A stretch of DNA of 64,000 bases from Vitreimonas sp. (GTDB lineage Bacteria; Pseudomonadota; Alphaproteobacteria; Caulobacterales; Aquidulcibacteraceae), in NCBI RefSeq assembly GCF_035627415.1, contig NZ_DASPLU010000011.1, positions 24,877-88,876 on the forward strand, written 5' to 3'. Of the stretch, positions 46,741 to 56,841 are shown piece by piece (position 1 is the first letter of the stretch; every line of letters begins with the position of its first letter). The notes under the pieces are model-generated. The model was not told where the DNA came from. It did no database searches and worked only from the letters and a program-made list of their open reading frames with translations. A program made the translations under genes and the position numbers.

Positions 46741-47385
46741 CTACGCAATCCCGAACGCGTTCCGTATCCCATCCACCACGAACTGCGCCGCCAGCGCCGC
46801 CAGCAGAATCCCGAACACGCGCGTCAGCATCGAACCAACGGTCGGTCCCATCGCCCGCGAGATCGGCCCCGCCGCCAGGAATGCGGCCAAGCAGAGCGCC
46901 AGGTTCGCGCCGACGCCGAGCAGCACCATCGCCCGCTCCAGCGGCGCTTCGTATTGCGCGAAGAACAGCATAATCGAGGCGATCGCCCCTGGCCCCGCGA
47001 TCAGCGGGATCGCCAGCGGAAACACCGAGATATCGTCCTGCTGCTCGGGATGCTCGGCCTGGTGCTGCGCCACCTTTTCGGCGCGCTCGTCACGCCGCTC
47101 GCTGCGCTTCTCGAACAGCATGTCGACGGCGATCAGGAACAAGAGCAGGCCGCCGGCGATCCGGAACGCGTCCATGGACACGTGTATCTGCTCCAACAGC
47201 CACGCGCCGCCGAACGCGAAGGCGAGCAGAATCCCGGTCGCGATCGCCACCGACTTCCACGCCATCGTCCGCCGCCACGCCGGCGTCATGGCGGAGGTCA
47301 TCGTCGTGAACATGGGCGCCATCGCCACCGGATCGATGGCGACGAAGAAGGTGACGAATGAGGCGAGCAGCAGCGAAAGCATCAA
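46741..47385 (-). CDS. MarC-family (UPF0056) integral membrane protein
   Basis: FVTFFVAIDPVAMAPMF and PLAIPLIAGPGAIAS are typical MarC motifs. 214 aa. Confidence 0.85.
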   Translation of the reverse strand: MMLSLLLASFVTFFVAIDPVAMAPMFTTMTSAMTPAWRRTMAWKSVAIATGILLAFAFGGAWLLEQIHVSMDAFRIAGGLLLFLIAVDMLFEKRSERRDERAEKVAQHQAEHPEQQDDISVFPLAIPLIAGPGAIASIMLFFAQYEAPLERAMVLLGVGANLALCLAAFLAAGPISRAMGPTVGSMLTRVFGILLAALAAQFVVDGIRNAFGIA

Positions 47386-47485
47386 CGCCCCTTAACCGAT
47401 TCACGCTGCGTTTACGCCGATTACCTCGGTTCGTTGCTGCAATTATTAAGGCTGCTGCGCTTAGCCTTGGTTTCGTGGTGGTGAG

Positions 47486-48379
47486 ATGAGCGCGGCCGAC
47501 GCGGCGGGCAACGCCGTTCTCAGGATTCTCGTGGCCGACGGCCATCTGTTCCAGCGGCGCCTGCTGGCCGAGACGCTGCGCGCCGGCCGCGGCACCATCG
47601 TCGACTACGCCGAAAGCGCCGAACAGTGCGCACAGACGTTCAGCGTGATCCAGCCTGACATCTTGATCGTCGATTGGGATCTCGATGGCGGCCACGGCCT
47701 CGGCCTGGTCCAACGCATCCGCAAGAGCCAGTTCGGTGAGCACGTCAAGAAGCTCCCGATCATCCTCGTCGCGCCGCCGCGTTCGAGCCGCGACGTCGCC
47801 CTCGCCCGCAACAGCGGCATCGACGAATTCGTGATCCGCCCTTACACGACAGGCGCCATGCTCGAGCGCGTCGCCGAAGTGCGCGACAACCGCCGCGAGT
47901 TCATCGACTGCGCCTCTTATGTCGGCCCCTGCCGGCGCCGCCGCGTCGCCGATGAGAATTACACGGGCCCGCGCCGGCGCTTGTTTGACGGCGCTGACGC
48001 CAAGGCCGACACGCCTGATGTGAAAATCCGAAAAGGCCTCGCCCGCACCTATTGCGAACGCATCGGCGCGCTGATGCAGCAGATAAAAAACGACGCGCTC
48101 GATGCGCTGCGCGAGCTGTGTCTCGCCGCCGGCCAGCTCAGCGCGCTCGCCGCCGACACCAAAGACCCGCAGCTGGTCGCCGCCAGTTCGTCCTTGTTCA
48201 ACTACGTCAAAGGCGTCGGCGCGACGGCGAACCTCAATCCGAGCGTCGTGCAGGCGCATATCGACGCCATCATCAAGCTCGCCGAGCTTCCCAACTACCA
48301 GTTCGAAGTGCGCCAAGCCGTCACGCACGAACTCGGCTTGCTCGTGGCGAAGAAGCTGAAGCAGACCAGAGCAGCGTAA
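47486..48379 (+). CDS. Atypical response regulator: receiver domain + duplicated Y-x-G-P-x-R-R-R motif + helical C-terminal domain
   Basis: RILVADGH...DILIVDWDLDG...PIILVAPP...EFVIRPYT (receiver fold). Then YVGPCRRRR and YTGPRRRLF. C-terminal ~140 aa are helical with LFNYVKGVGATANL. Confidence 0.8.
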   Translation: MSAADAAGNAVLRILVADGHLFQRRLLAETLRAGRGTIVDYAESAEQCAQTFSVIQPDILIVDWDLDGGHGLGLVQRIRKSQFGEHVKKLPIILVAPPRSSRDVALARNSGIDEFVIRPYTTGAMLERVAEVRDNRREFIDCASYVGPCRRRRVADENYTGPRRRLFDGADAKADTPDVKIRKGLARTYCERIGALMQQIKNDALDALRELCLAAGQLSALAADTKDPQLVAASSSLFNYVKGVGATANLNPSVVQAHIDAIIKLAELPNYQFEVRQAVTHELGLLVAKKLKQTRAA

Positions 48380-48870
48380 TTAGCCGTAGCAAGACATGAT
48401 GCGCTGCACGGCGGTGACCACGTTGCTCTGGGTCACGAACACAGTCGCGGCGAACGCCGCGAGCGAGAGTATCGGCGCGACGGCGCCTTGGCCGTGGGTC
48501 GTGACGCCATGCGAACGATCGCGCCCAGCACGCTCGGCGCCACCATCAGCGAGACCATCAGCACAACCAGCCCAACCCACGCGGTCGACCGAAACGCCGC
48601 CAGCGCCATCGCCATCAGGTCGGCGGTCGCCAAAAGCGTCGGCGCCACCACCGCCCAATAGGCATGCACGAACAGCAGGAACGGCGTGAAAAAGCCAAAC
48701 ACCACGCTCACCGCTCGAACCGCTCCCAGCTTCGGCTTGTCCTCTCCCGGCTCGACCACCGGGCCAGCGGATTCGCAGATCATCGTCACGAACACGGCTG
48801 CCGTGACGATCGCCCAGCCGACGCCCGCCGCGTCGAGGACCAAGCCCCACGAGCTGATGATGATGTCCAT
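48380..48870 (-). pseudogene. Membrane protein gene with an apparent 1-nt frame disruption (or sequencing error)
   Basis: Frame A (48433..48870) encodes a convincing TM protein up to ...APSVLGAIVRM, then becomes Arg/Ser-rich. Frame B (ORF 48380..48919) is nonsense upstream but ends with HGVTTHGQGAVAPILSLAAFAATVFVTQSNVVTAVQRIMSCYG, with GC-rich third positions. Switch point is about 48500-48520. Confidence 0.4.
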
Positions 48871-48926
48871 TCGACGCCTCCCCCGCCGCTAGTGGGCAGC
48901 GGGCTCGCGCGCCTGTCAAGCGATGT

Positions 48927-50216
48927 TCAAAGCAGCATCGCCATCGGATCTTCCAGGAAGCTCCGGAACGCTTTCAGGAACGCCGCGCCCAAGGCGCCGT
49001 CGACAACGCGGTGATCGCAGGTCACGGTGACGCTCATCATCGTCGCAATCGCCAGCGCATCATTCTTCACCACCGGCCGCTTTTCGCCCGCGCCGATCGA
49101 CATGATCATACCGTGCGGCTCATTGATGATCGAGGCGAAGCTCTTGATCCCCATCATGCCCATGTTGGAGATCGAGAACGTGCCGCCCTGAAACTCTTCC
49201 GGCTTCAGCTTCTTCGCGCGTGCGCGTTCGGCCAAATCCGCCATCTCGTGCGAAATCTGCGCAAGACCCTTCGTCTCCGCCGCCCAGATGATCGGCGTGA
49301 TTAGGCCGCCCGGGATAGCCACCGCCACCGCGATGTCGGCGTGATGGTGCATCGCGATCCCATCGGGCGTGTAGCTCGCGTTCGATTCCGGCACCAGCTT
49401 CAACGCGAGCGCCGCCGCCTTGATGCACATGTCATTGACAGAGATCTTCACGCCATTGTCGCCGAAGCGCTTGTTGATCTCGCCGCGCGCCTTCAGCAGC
49501 GCATCGATCTCGATTTCGATCGTGAGCGGGAAATGCGGCACGTCGCGGAAACTCTCGGTCATCCGCTTGGCGATCGTCTTGCGCATCATGTCGAGCGGCA
49601 CGAGATCGTAGCTGCCCTGACGGATGCCCATCTGCTCCAGCGACCGATGCTGCCCCGGCGCCTGCTGCGGCGCGGGCCGCGACACCTCCCGTGATTGTTG
49701 CGCCGCTTGCCTCGGCGCTTTGCCGGCGGCTTCGACGTCCGCTTTGACAATGCGTCCGTTCGGGCCCGAGCCCTTGAGGCCCGACAGGTCGATCCCGCTT
49801 TGCTCGGCCAACCGTCGCGCGAGAGGGGATGCGAAAATTCGCTCGCCCGGCGTCGCCGTCGCGGTCACCGTTTGCTGCTTCTCCGGCGCACGGGCGGATG
49901 ACGGCTTTTCCGGCTGCTGTCTAGCCGCCGCCGGCGCAGCCTTCGTCTCTTGCTTCGGCGTGGGCTTCGCCGCTTCGCCTTCGCCCTTCAGGCGCGCGAT
50001 CGGCGTGTTCACCTTCACGCCTTGCGCGCCTTCTTCGACCAGCAATTCTTCGATCACGCCTTCGTCGACGGCCTCGACCTCCATGGTGGCCTTGTCCGTT
50101 TCGATCTCGGCGATCACCTGCCCGGGCTCGATCGCGTCGCCGACCTTCACGTGCCATTTGGCGAGATTGCCCTCCTCCATTGTCGGCGAGAGCGCAGGCA
50201 TGGTGATGTCGGTCAT
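48927..50216 (-). CDS. pdhC: Pyruvate dehydrogenase E2 (dihydrolipoyllysine-residue acetyltransferase)
   Basis: Internal ATG 50216: [27 protein letters not shown]...[11 protein letters not shown] (lipoyl domain). Catalytic DHRVVDG. The ATG overlaps the upstream TGA. Confidence 0.95.
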   Translation of the reverse strand: MTDITMPALSPTMEEGNLAKWHVKVGDAIEPGQVIAEIETDKATMEVEAVDEGVIEELLVEEGAQGVKVNTPIARLKGEGEAAKPTPKQETKAAPAAARQQPEKPSSARAPEKQQTVTATATPGERIFASPLARRLAEQSGIDLSGLKGSGPNGRIVKADVEAAGKAPRQAAQQSREVSRPAPQQAPGQHRSLEQMGIRQGSYDLVPLDMMRKTIAKRMTESFRDVPHFPLTIEIEIDALLKARGEINKRFGDNGVKISVNDMCIKAAALALKLVPESNASYTPDGIAMHHHADIAVAVAIPGGLITPIIWAAETKGLAQISHEMADLAERARAKKLKPEEFQGGTFSISNMGMMGIKSFASIINEPHGMIMSIGAGEKRPVVKNDALAIATMMSVTVTCDHRVVDGALGAAFLKAFRSFLEDPMAMLL

Positions 50217-50656
50217 CAGGAAGCTTTCCTCGATTGCAGCTGGACGTTCACGACGTCCGGCTTCCAGCGATGGATGAAGGTCATGTAGGCGAGCACGCCG
50301 TAGACCGATATCATGCCGATCCACAGCAGCGAGCGCACGATCCAGTCGATTCCGCCGCGCGCGTTCTCCAGCGGCGCGCGTCCCGCCGCTGTTAGCTGAC
50401 CGGCGGCTTCGAGTTCGATCAGCCGTCCGATCAGACCCGAGTGCGCATTCTCCGCCCCGATCATCACCACCAGCAGCAAGGCAAGGATCAGCGCCACGAA
50501 CGCGAACGCTCCGACGCGCGCGATCAGCATCGCCTCGCCGACGAAATAGTTGAGCGCGACGATATAGGCCGACACGACGGTGAAGATCAGCGACACGCCC
50601 ACCAGCAGGAGGCCCATATATCCGATCAATTGCTCGACAACTTCGCCCTCGCTCAT
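50216..50656 (-). CDS. Hypothetical membrane protein embedded in the pdh operon
   Basis: 146 aa with about 4 TM segments ([26 protein letters not shown]..., [18 protein letters not shown]...). ATGA overlap with the upstream GFA gene, TGATG overlap with pdhC. Confidence 0.6.
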   Translation of the reverse strand: MSEGEVVEQLIGYMGLLLVGVSLIFTVVSAYIVALNYFVGEAMLIARVGAFAFVALILALLLVVMIGAENAHSGLIGRLIELEAAGQLTAAGRAPLENARGGIDWIVRSLLWIGMISVYGVLAYMTFIHRWKPDVVNVQLQSRKAS

Positions 50657-51066
50657 GTCCCCGGCTCCACCAGCGTCATCGGCGTCCAGCGTGACAGCCG
50701 CCGCGCGATACGCTCATCAGGCGTCTCACCCTCGAGACTCGCGAAAGTCGCCGGCTCGTCGCGCAGCTCCGGAATGTCGAGCCCGACGACGTTCACAACG
50801 CCGACCGGCCCGCTCGGCCCTTCCATCATCGTCGCGACATAGGCGCCGCACGCGGGGCAGATCAGATAGTCCGCCGTCTTGTGCCCGAAGCGATAACGGA
50901 TCAAGGCGCGCTCGCTCCTGATCCGCAATGCGCCGGCCAGGTCGGAAGCCGACTTCACCCCGCGCGCGCGGCAGAACGAGCAGCCGTCCTGGCGCAGGCG
51001 CACCGGCGCGTCCGTCTCATACTCGGCGCTGACCGCGCCGCAATGGCAGGCGCCGCGATAGATCAT
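50653..51066 (-). CDS. GFA-family (CENP-V/glutathione-dependent formaldehyde-activating-like) Zn-thiol protein
   Basis: GACHCGAV...[10 protein letters not shown]...YLICPACG cysteine pattern is typical of the GFA family. 137 aa. Confidence 0.8.
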   Translation of the reverse strand: MIYRGACHCGAVSAEYETDAPVRLRQDGCSFCRARGVKSASDLAGALRIRSERALIRYRFGHKTADYLICPACGAYVATMMEGPSGPVGVVNVVGLDIPELRDEPATFASLEGETPDERIARRLSRWTPMTLVEPGT

Positions 51067-51067
51067 C

Positions 51068-51364
51068 TCAATTTCTCATCGGCGTGGTTCGGCCGGGATC
51101 GGTCGGGCTGTCCCACTCGGCATGAAACAGCTCACGGATGCCGGCGAGCGTATCTTCTTCCTTCGCCAAGCCCTCTTTCGCGTAGGCGCGCGCGACGTGC
51201 CGGGCGATGTCCACCAGCAGGATGCCCCATGCGGACGGGTCCGGAAACGCGGGGATCAACGACACGTCCATGCTGCGGTCCGCATTGATCCAGACGCGCA
51301 AGACCTCGGCCGCCTCGCCAGAGAGCGCGGAACTAGGCGGGATCGGCAATTCGTGCAACTTCAT
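51068..51364 (-). CDS. Small conserved hypothetical protein (DUF5076-like, recalled from memory)
   Basis: 98 aa: ELPIPPSSALSGEAAEVLRVWINADRSMDVSLIPAFPDPSAWGILLVDIARHVA. Starts 4 nt after the pdhB stop and ends 1 nt before the GFA start. Confidence 0.6.
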   Translation of the reverse strand: MKLHELPIPPSSALSGEAAEVLRVWINADRSMDVSLIPAFPDPSAWGILLVDIARHVARAYAKEGLAKEEDTLAGIRELFHAEWDSPTDPGRTTPMRN

Positions 51365-51368
51365 CGGC

Positions 51369-52751
51369 TCACCGGTACGTAACGGCCTTCACCGCATCGA
51401 CGATCTTTTCGACGCTCGGCAGCGCCAGCGCTTCGAGATTGGCGGCGTACGCCAGCGGCGCATCGACCTGGTGCACGCGCATCGGCGGCGCATCGAGGTA
51501 ATCGAACGCCTCGGCTACAACTCGCGCCGCTACCTCGGCGCCGACGCCGTTCTGCGCCCAGCCTTCTTCGACCGTGACGATGCGGTTGGTCTTCTTCACA
51601 CTTTCGATGATCGTCTCCGTGTCGAGCGGCCGCAGCGTGCGCAAATCGATCACTTCGGCGTCGACGCCCTCTTCCGCCAATTGCTCCGCCGCCTTCAGCG
51701 CGAGGCCCACCATGCGCGAATGCGCGGTGATGGTGACATCGCCGCCTTGTCGGCGAACCTTCGCCTTGCCGATCGGCACCACCCAATCCCTCACGTCCGG
51801 AATCTCGAACTCGACGCCGTAGAGCATTTCGTGCTCGAGGAAGACGACCGGATTCGGATTGCGGATCGCCGCTTTCAGCAAGCCCTTCGCGTCCGCCGCA
51901 TCATACGGCGCAATCACGATCAAGCCCGGAACGTGCGAATACCAGGACGAATAATCCTGACTATGCTGCGCCGCGACGCGCGCGGCCGCGCCGTTCGGTC
52001 CGCGGAAGACGATCGACGATTTGATCTGGCCGCCCGACATATACAGCGTCTTCGCCGCCGAGTTGATGATCTGGTCGATCGCCTGCATTCCGAAATTCCA
52101 GGTCATGAACTCGACGATCGGCTTCAGCCCCGCCATCGCCGCGCCGACGCCGAGGCCGGCGAAGCCATGCTCGGTGATCGGCGTATCAACGACGCGCTCC
52201 GGCCCGAACTCCTGCAGCAGCTCGCGTGAGACCTTGTACGCGCCCTGATATTCCGCGACCTCTTCGCCCATCAGAAAGACACGGTCGTCCGCGCGCATCT
52301 CTTCGGCCATCGCGTCTCGCAGCGCATCGCGCACGGTGATTTTGACCATCTGCGTCCCGGCCGGAATTTCCGGATCGCTCTGCGGCGCCGCATGCGAGAC
52401 CTTCGACGGTTCGGGCCGGTTGGTCTTGACCGGTTCTTCCTTCTGCTCGGGCTGTGGCGGTTTCTTTGCTTGCTGCTTCGCCGCCTCTTGCTTCGCCGGC
52501 GCCCCCGCGCCGGCTTCATCGCCCAACACCGCGATCGGCGTATTCACCTTCACGCCCTGCGCACCCTCTTCGACCAGGAGCTCCGTCACCGTTCCTTCGT
52601 CGACGGCCTCGACCTCCATCGTCGCCTTGTCGGTCTCAATCTCGGCGATGACTTGGCCAGGTTCGATCTTGTCGCCCGGCTTGATCAGCCATTTGGCCAA
52701 ATTGCCCTCCTCCATCGTCGGCGAGAGCGCGGGCATGAGGATTTGCGTCAT
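51369..52751 (-). CDS. pdhB: Pyruvate dehydrogenase E1 beta subunit with N-terminal lipoyl domain
   Basis: Internal ATG 52751: [27 protein letters not shown]...[11 protein letters not shown], then transketolase-like E1-beta ([14 protein letters not shown]...VVDTPITE...). Confidence 0.95.
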   Translation of the reverse strand: MTQILMPALSPTMEEGNLAKWLIKPGDKIEPGQVIAEIETDKATMEVEAVDEGTVTELLVEEGAQGVKVNTPIAVLGDEAGAGAPAKQEAAKQQAKKPPQPEQKEEPVKTNRPEPSKVSHAAPQSDPEIPAGTQMVKITVRDALRDAMAEEMRADDRVFLMGEEVAEYQGAYKVSRELLQEFGPERVVDTPITEHGFAGLGVGAAMAGLKPIVEFMTWNFGMQAIDQIINSAAKTLYMSGGQIKSSIVFRGPNGAAARVAAQHSQDYSSWYSHVPGLIVIAPYDAADAKGLLKAAIRNPNPVVFLEHEMLYGVEFEIPDVRDWVVPIGKAKVRRQGGDVTITAHSRMVGLALKAAEQLAEEGVDAEVIDLRTLRPLDTETIIESVKKTNRIVTVEEGWAQNGVGAEVAARVVAEAFDYLDAPPMRVHQVDAPLAYAANLEALALPSVEKIVDAVKAVTYR

Positions 52752-53173
52752 CAGGTGAGAATCCCGAACAGAGCAAGGAAAATGAGCCCGCAGGCGATGA
52801 CGCCCGCGAACCAGAAGAGAGGCCGCACGATCGGCCAGCCAAAGGCGTACCAGGCCGCGTGCAGCAGCCGCGAAAAGAAGAAGATCTGCGCGCCCAACAC
52901 AGTCCACTGATTGGAAATGCCGGAGACCGCCGCGATCAGCACGAGCGGGACGAAGAACCAGAGGTTCTCACGGAAATTGTCGGTGAGCCGTTTCATCCGC
53001 GCCTGCATCACGGTAGGCGGCTTCAGGTTGTCGCGGCTGTTCGCCATGGCCAGGGCGCCATTGTTCAAGATGCCGGTCGTCGCCTGCGCCATCACCACCA
53101 CGAAAAACAACGCAATCGTGTAGACGAGATAAGTCAGCTCCACGCTCATTCCAGTTCCTCCCCCGCCGCTCAT
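52751..53173 (-). CDS. MAPEG-family membrane protein embedded between pdhA and pdhB
   Basis: 140 aa with 4 TM segments and [15 protein letters not shown] (the E-N-x-x-x-F type MAPEG motif). TAATG overlap with the pdhA stop, TGATG overlap with the pdhB start. Confidence 0.75.
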   Translation of the reverse strand: MSGGGGTGMSVELTYLVYTIALFFVVVMAQATTGILNNGALAMANSRDNLKPPTVMQARMKRLTDNFRENLWFFVPLVLIAAVSGISNQWTVLGAQIFFFSRLLHAAWYAFGWPIVRPLFWFAGVIACGLIFLALFGILT

Positions 53174-54180
53174 TACGCTTCGATGTAGACGTCGGTCAGC
53201 AATTCGCTGGGATCAGGCTCCGGGCTCTGCTGCGCGAACTCGGCGCTCTCGGTGACGACCGCGCGGATTTCGCGGTCAATCTCTTTCAGCTGCTCCTCGC
53301 TCGCGTGGCCGGCATCGATCATCAGCTTCTTCACGTGCTCGATCGGATCGCGCTTGGCCTTGAACTCCTCGACCTCTTCCTTGGTGCGATATTTTGCCGG
53401 GTCGGACATCGAGTGGCCGCGATAGCGGTAGGTCTTCATCTCCAGGAGATACGGACCCTCGCCCGCCCGCGCGCGCTCCACAGCGCGCTTGCCCGCTTCG
53501 CGCACGGCGACGACGTCCATGCCGTCCACTTCCTCGCCCGGAATATTGAACGAGACGCCGCGCTTATAGAGGTGCGTCTCCGACGACGAGCGCTGGATCG
53601 AAGTGCCCATCGCGTACTGATTGTTCTCGATGATGAACACGACCGGCAGCTTCCACAGCGCCGCCATGTTGAAGCTCTCGTAGACTTGGCCCTGGTTCGC
53701 CGCGCCGTCGCCGAAATACGTAAGGCAGACTTTCCCGTCCTTGCGGTACTTGTTGGCGAAGGCGATGCCGGCGCCGAGCGAAACTTGCGCGCCGACGATG
53801 CCGTGGCCGCCATAGAACGCCTTCTCGATGCTGAACATGTGCATCGAGCCGCCCTTGCCCTTGGAATAGCCGTCGCGGCGTCCGGTCAGCTCCGCCATCA
53901 CGCCGTTGGCGGTCATGCCCGCGGCGAGCATGTGGCCGTGATCGCGATACGCGGTGATGACCTGGTCGCCGTTCTTCAGCGCCGCCTGCATGCCGACGAC
54001 GACCGCTTCCTGGCCGATATAGAGGTGGCAGAAGCCGCCGATCAGCCCCATGCCGTAGAGCTGGCCAGCCCGCTCCTCGAAGCGCCGGATCAACAGCATG
54101 TCGCGATAATACTGAAGCAGCTCGTCCTTGCTTGCTTCGGCGGCATGCTTGCCGTTCGCCTTCTGGGCAGCTTGAGCCAT
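53173..54180 (-). CDS. pdhA: Pyruvate dehydrogenase E1 alpha subunit
   Basis: LLIRRFEERAGQLYGMGLIGGFCHLYIGQEA...GDGAANQGQVYE (ThDP motif)...YRYRGHSMSDP. Confidence 0.96.
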   Translation of the reverse strand: MAQAAQKANGKHAAEASKDELLQYYRDMLLIRRFEERAGQLYGMGLIGGFCHLYIGQEAVVVGMQAALKNGDQVITAYRDHGHMLAAGMTANGVMAELTGRRDGYSKGKGGSMHMFSIEKAFYGGHGIVGAQVSLGAGIAFANKYRKDGKVCLTYFGDGAANQGQVYESFNMAALWKLPVVFIIENNQYAMGTSIQRSSSETHLYKRGVSFNIPGEEVDGMDVVAVREAGKRAVERARAGEGPYLLEMKTYRYRGHSMSDPAKYRTKEEVEEFKAKRDPIEHVKKLMIDAGHASEEQLKEIDREIRAVVTESAEFAQQSPEPDPSELLTDVYIEA

Positions 54181-54309
54181 CGGTGTCTGTCCTCCGCCGC
54201 CAGGTAATGCCGTGCGGCCGCGCCCTGTCCATGGACTGGGGCGCGCCTCTCTTATGCGCGAATGACGTAACTCGCTAGGAAGCTTTGCGTTGCTGCAGTG
54301 CGGCAGAAA

Positions 54310-54600
54310 CTAGTCGAGCTTGAAGACGACCTCGTCCGGATCGCCGGCGGCCAGAGTGATGCGGGCGCGCTCATCCAGATAGTCGAGATCCAAGCTCTGC
54401 GGACGCAGCCGCGCCGCGCGCGCTTCGAGCGCCGCCTGCTCGCCGTCCAACGCATCGACGCGCTGCTCCAGCGCACGCTCTTCCGCCTGCAGGTCGACAT
54501 AAGCGATGAGGCCCTGATGCCCCGTCACCGCGTGCGCGCCGAGATACAGAATGGCCGCTCCCAAGCCGATGTTGAGCGCCGCCGATCCGTGCTTGCCCAT
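54310..54600 (-). CDS. ftsB: Septum formation initiator (FtsB/DivIC family)
   Basis: 96 aa. One TM segment (ALNIGLGAAILYLGAHAV), then a coiled coil and DLDYLDERAR. Sits directly upstream of pdhA, the conserved position. Confidence 0.8.
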   Translation of the reverse strand: MGKHGSAALNIGLGAAILYLGAHAVTGHQGLIAYVDLQAEERALEQRVDALDGEQAALEARAARLRPQSLDLDYLDERARITLAAGDPDEVVFKLD

Positions 54601-54614
54601 GTGTTAACGATCCC

Positions 54615-54662
54615 GATTCGGCGGCACGTTGAGTCGAACCGGTAAAGGAATCGTAAAGACTC
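54615..54662. promoter_or_regulatory. Cluster of four GANTC (CcrM methylation) sites in the ftsB upstream region
   Basis: GATTC 54615-19, GAGTC 54631-35, GAATC 54648-52, GACTC 54658-62, all read directly. They lie 15-62 nt upstream of the ftsB start codon. Two more are at 54806 and 54835. Confidence 0.5.
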
Positions 54663-54853
54663 AAAAATGTTCTTAAGACGTTCTTAGCTCATGTATTCAA
54701 GGGCTTATGGAATTTTATCTAGTGCTTGGGGTCGTCCCGCCGCTGGAACCCCAGCCGCTTGCGTCAACGCCGCTAGGAAAAATTTGCAGCGCCAGGCGCG
54801 CATCGGAGTCGAAACGATCTCCGTTCTCGTTCCGGACTCATCCGCGCAAGAAA

Positions 54854-54882
54854 GCGGCGCGAACCCGCGAGGTCCGCGCCGC
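54854..54882 (-). terminator. Rho-independent terminator (minus strand) after eno / small ORF
   Basis: gcggcgcgaacc-cgcg-aggtccgcgccgc stem-loop. On the minus strand it is followed by TTTCTTG. Confidence 0.55.
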
Positions 54883-54907
54883 TTGTAGGATGAAGCGAGG
54901 ATTGCCC

Positions 54908-55003
54908 TCAGGCGAAGATTGGCGCGCCCTGGCGGAGGGCCGCGAAGGCGCCCGGCATGAACGCGACCAGCGCGAGCATTAGGCAGCTAAAGCGGATCAA
55001 CAT
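54908..55003 (-). CDS. Candidate 31-aa small hydrophobic/secreted peptide
   Basis: Below the ORF-track size cut-off. Manual translation: MLIRFSCLMLALVAFMPGAFAALRQGAPIFA. GGAG lies 7 nt upstream of the ATG. Third positions are GC-rich. Terminator lies 25 nt downstream. Confidence 0.4.
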   Translation of the reverse strand: MLIRFSCLMLALVAFMPGAFAALRQGAPIFA

Positions 55004-55089
55004 TGGCGGGGCTCCTTTCTCATCGCGCGAGCGACAGGGAGGAGCTTAACCGCGGCCCAGCCGCTCGATGTGACGCCGGGTACGCCGGG

Positions 55090-56457
<1,368 letters not shown>

Positions 56458-56501
56458 CTATGCGCCTCACGCGGTTCCGTTCAGAGCTTCAGAGAAGACT
56501 T

Positions 56502-56684
56502 TTAGTCTTCCTTCGCCTTCAAGACTTGCTTGCCGCGATAGCGGCCGGTCTTGAGGTCGATGTGGTGCGGCCGGCGCAGTTCGCCCGATTCCGCGTCCTC
56601 AACGTAGGTGTTCTTGGGCAGCTTATCGTGCGCCCGGCGCATGCCCCGGCGGGAGGGCGAGGTTTTTCGCTTCGGAACGGCCAT
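56502..56684 (-). CDS. rpmF: 50S ribosomal protein L32
   Basis: Internal ATG 56684: [22 protein letters not shown]... (60 aa). Confidence 0.95.
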   Translation of the reverse strand: MAVPKRKTSPSRRGMRRAHDKLPKNTYVEDAESGELRRPHHIDLKTGRYRGKQVLKAKED

Positions 56685-56841
56685 GGCCGGAAAACTCCTG
56701 GATCCCGCGACCCGCGGGAAAGCGGGGCTGATAGGCCAAAGGCCCAGCCCGCGCAAGCCTCACCTCCGGCCCGGAACAGCGCCCCGGCGCTCGCGTTGGC
56801 CCGAAAGCGGGGGAGCTGAGCGCCAGATTCGGGAGAGGCCA

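Noticed and set aside
44769-46973. 734-aa plus-strand ORF
   Set aside because: It is antisense to lpdA and marC, whose motifs are unambiguous. Arg/His/Pro-rich composition makes it a GC-driven shadow ORF.
54604-54685. CtrA-box-like half sites (TTAAC at 54604, TTAAG-N6-CTTAG around 54672-54687) near ftsB
   Set aside because: No full TTAA-N7-TTAAC motif is present, only half-sites with mismatches. Reported only as context for the GANTC cluster.
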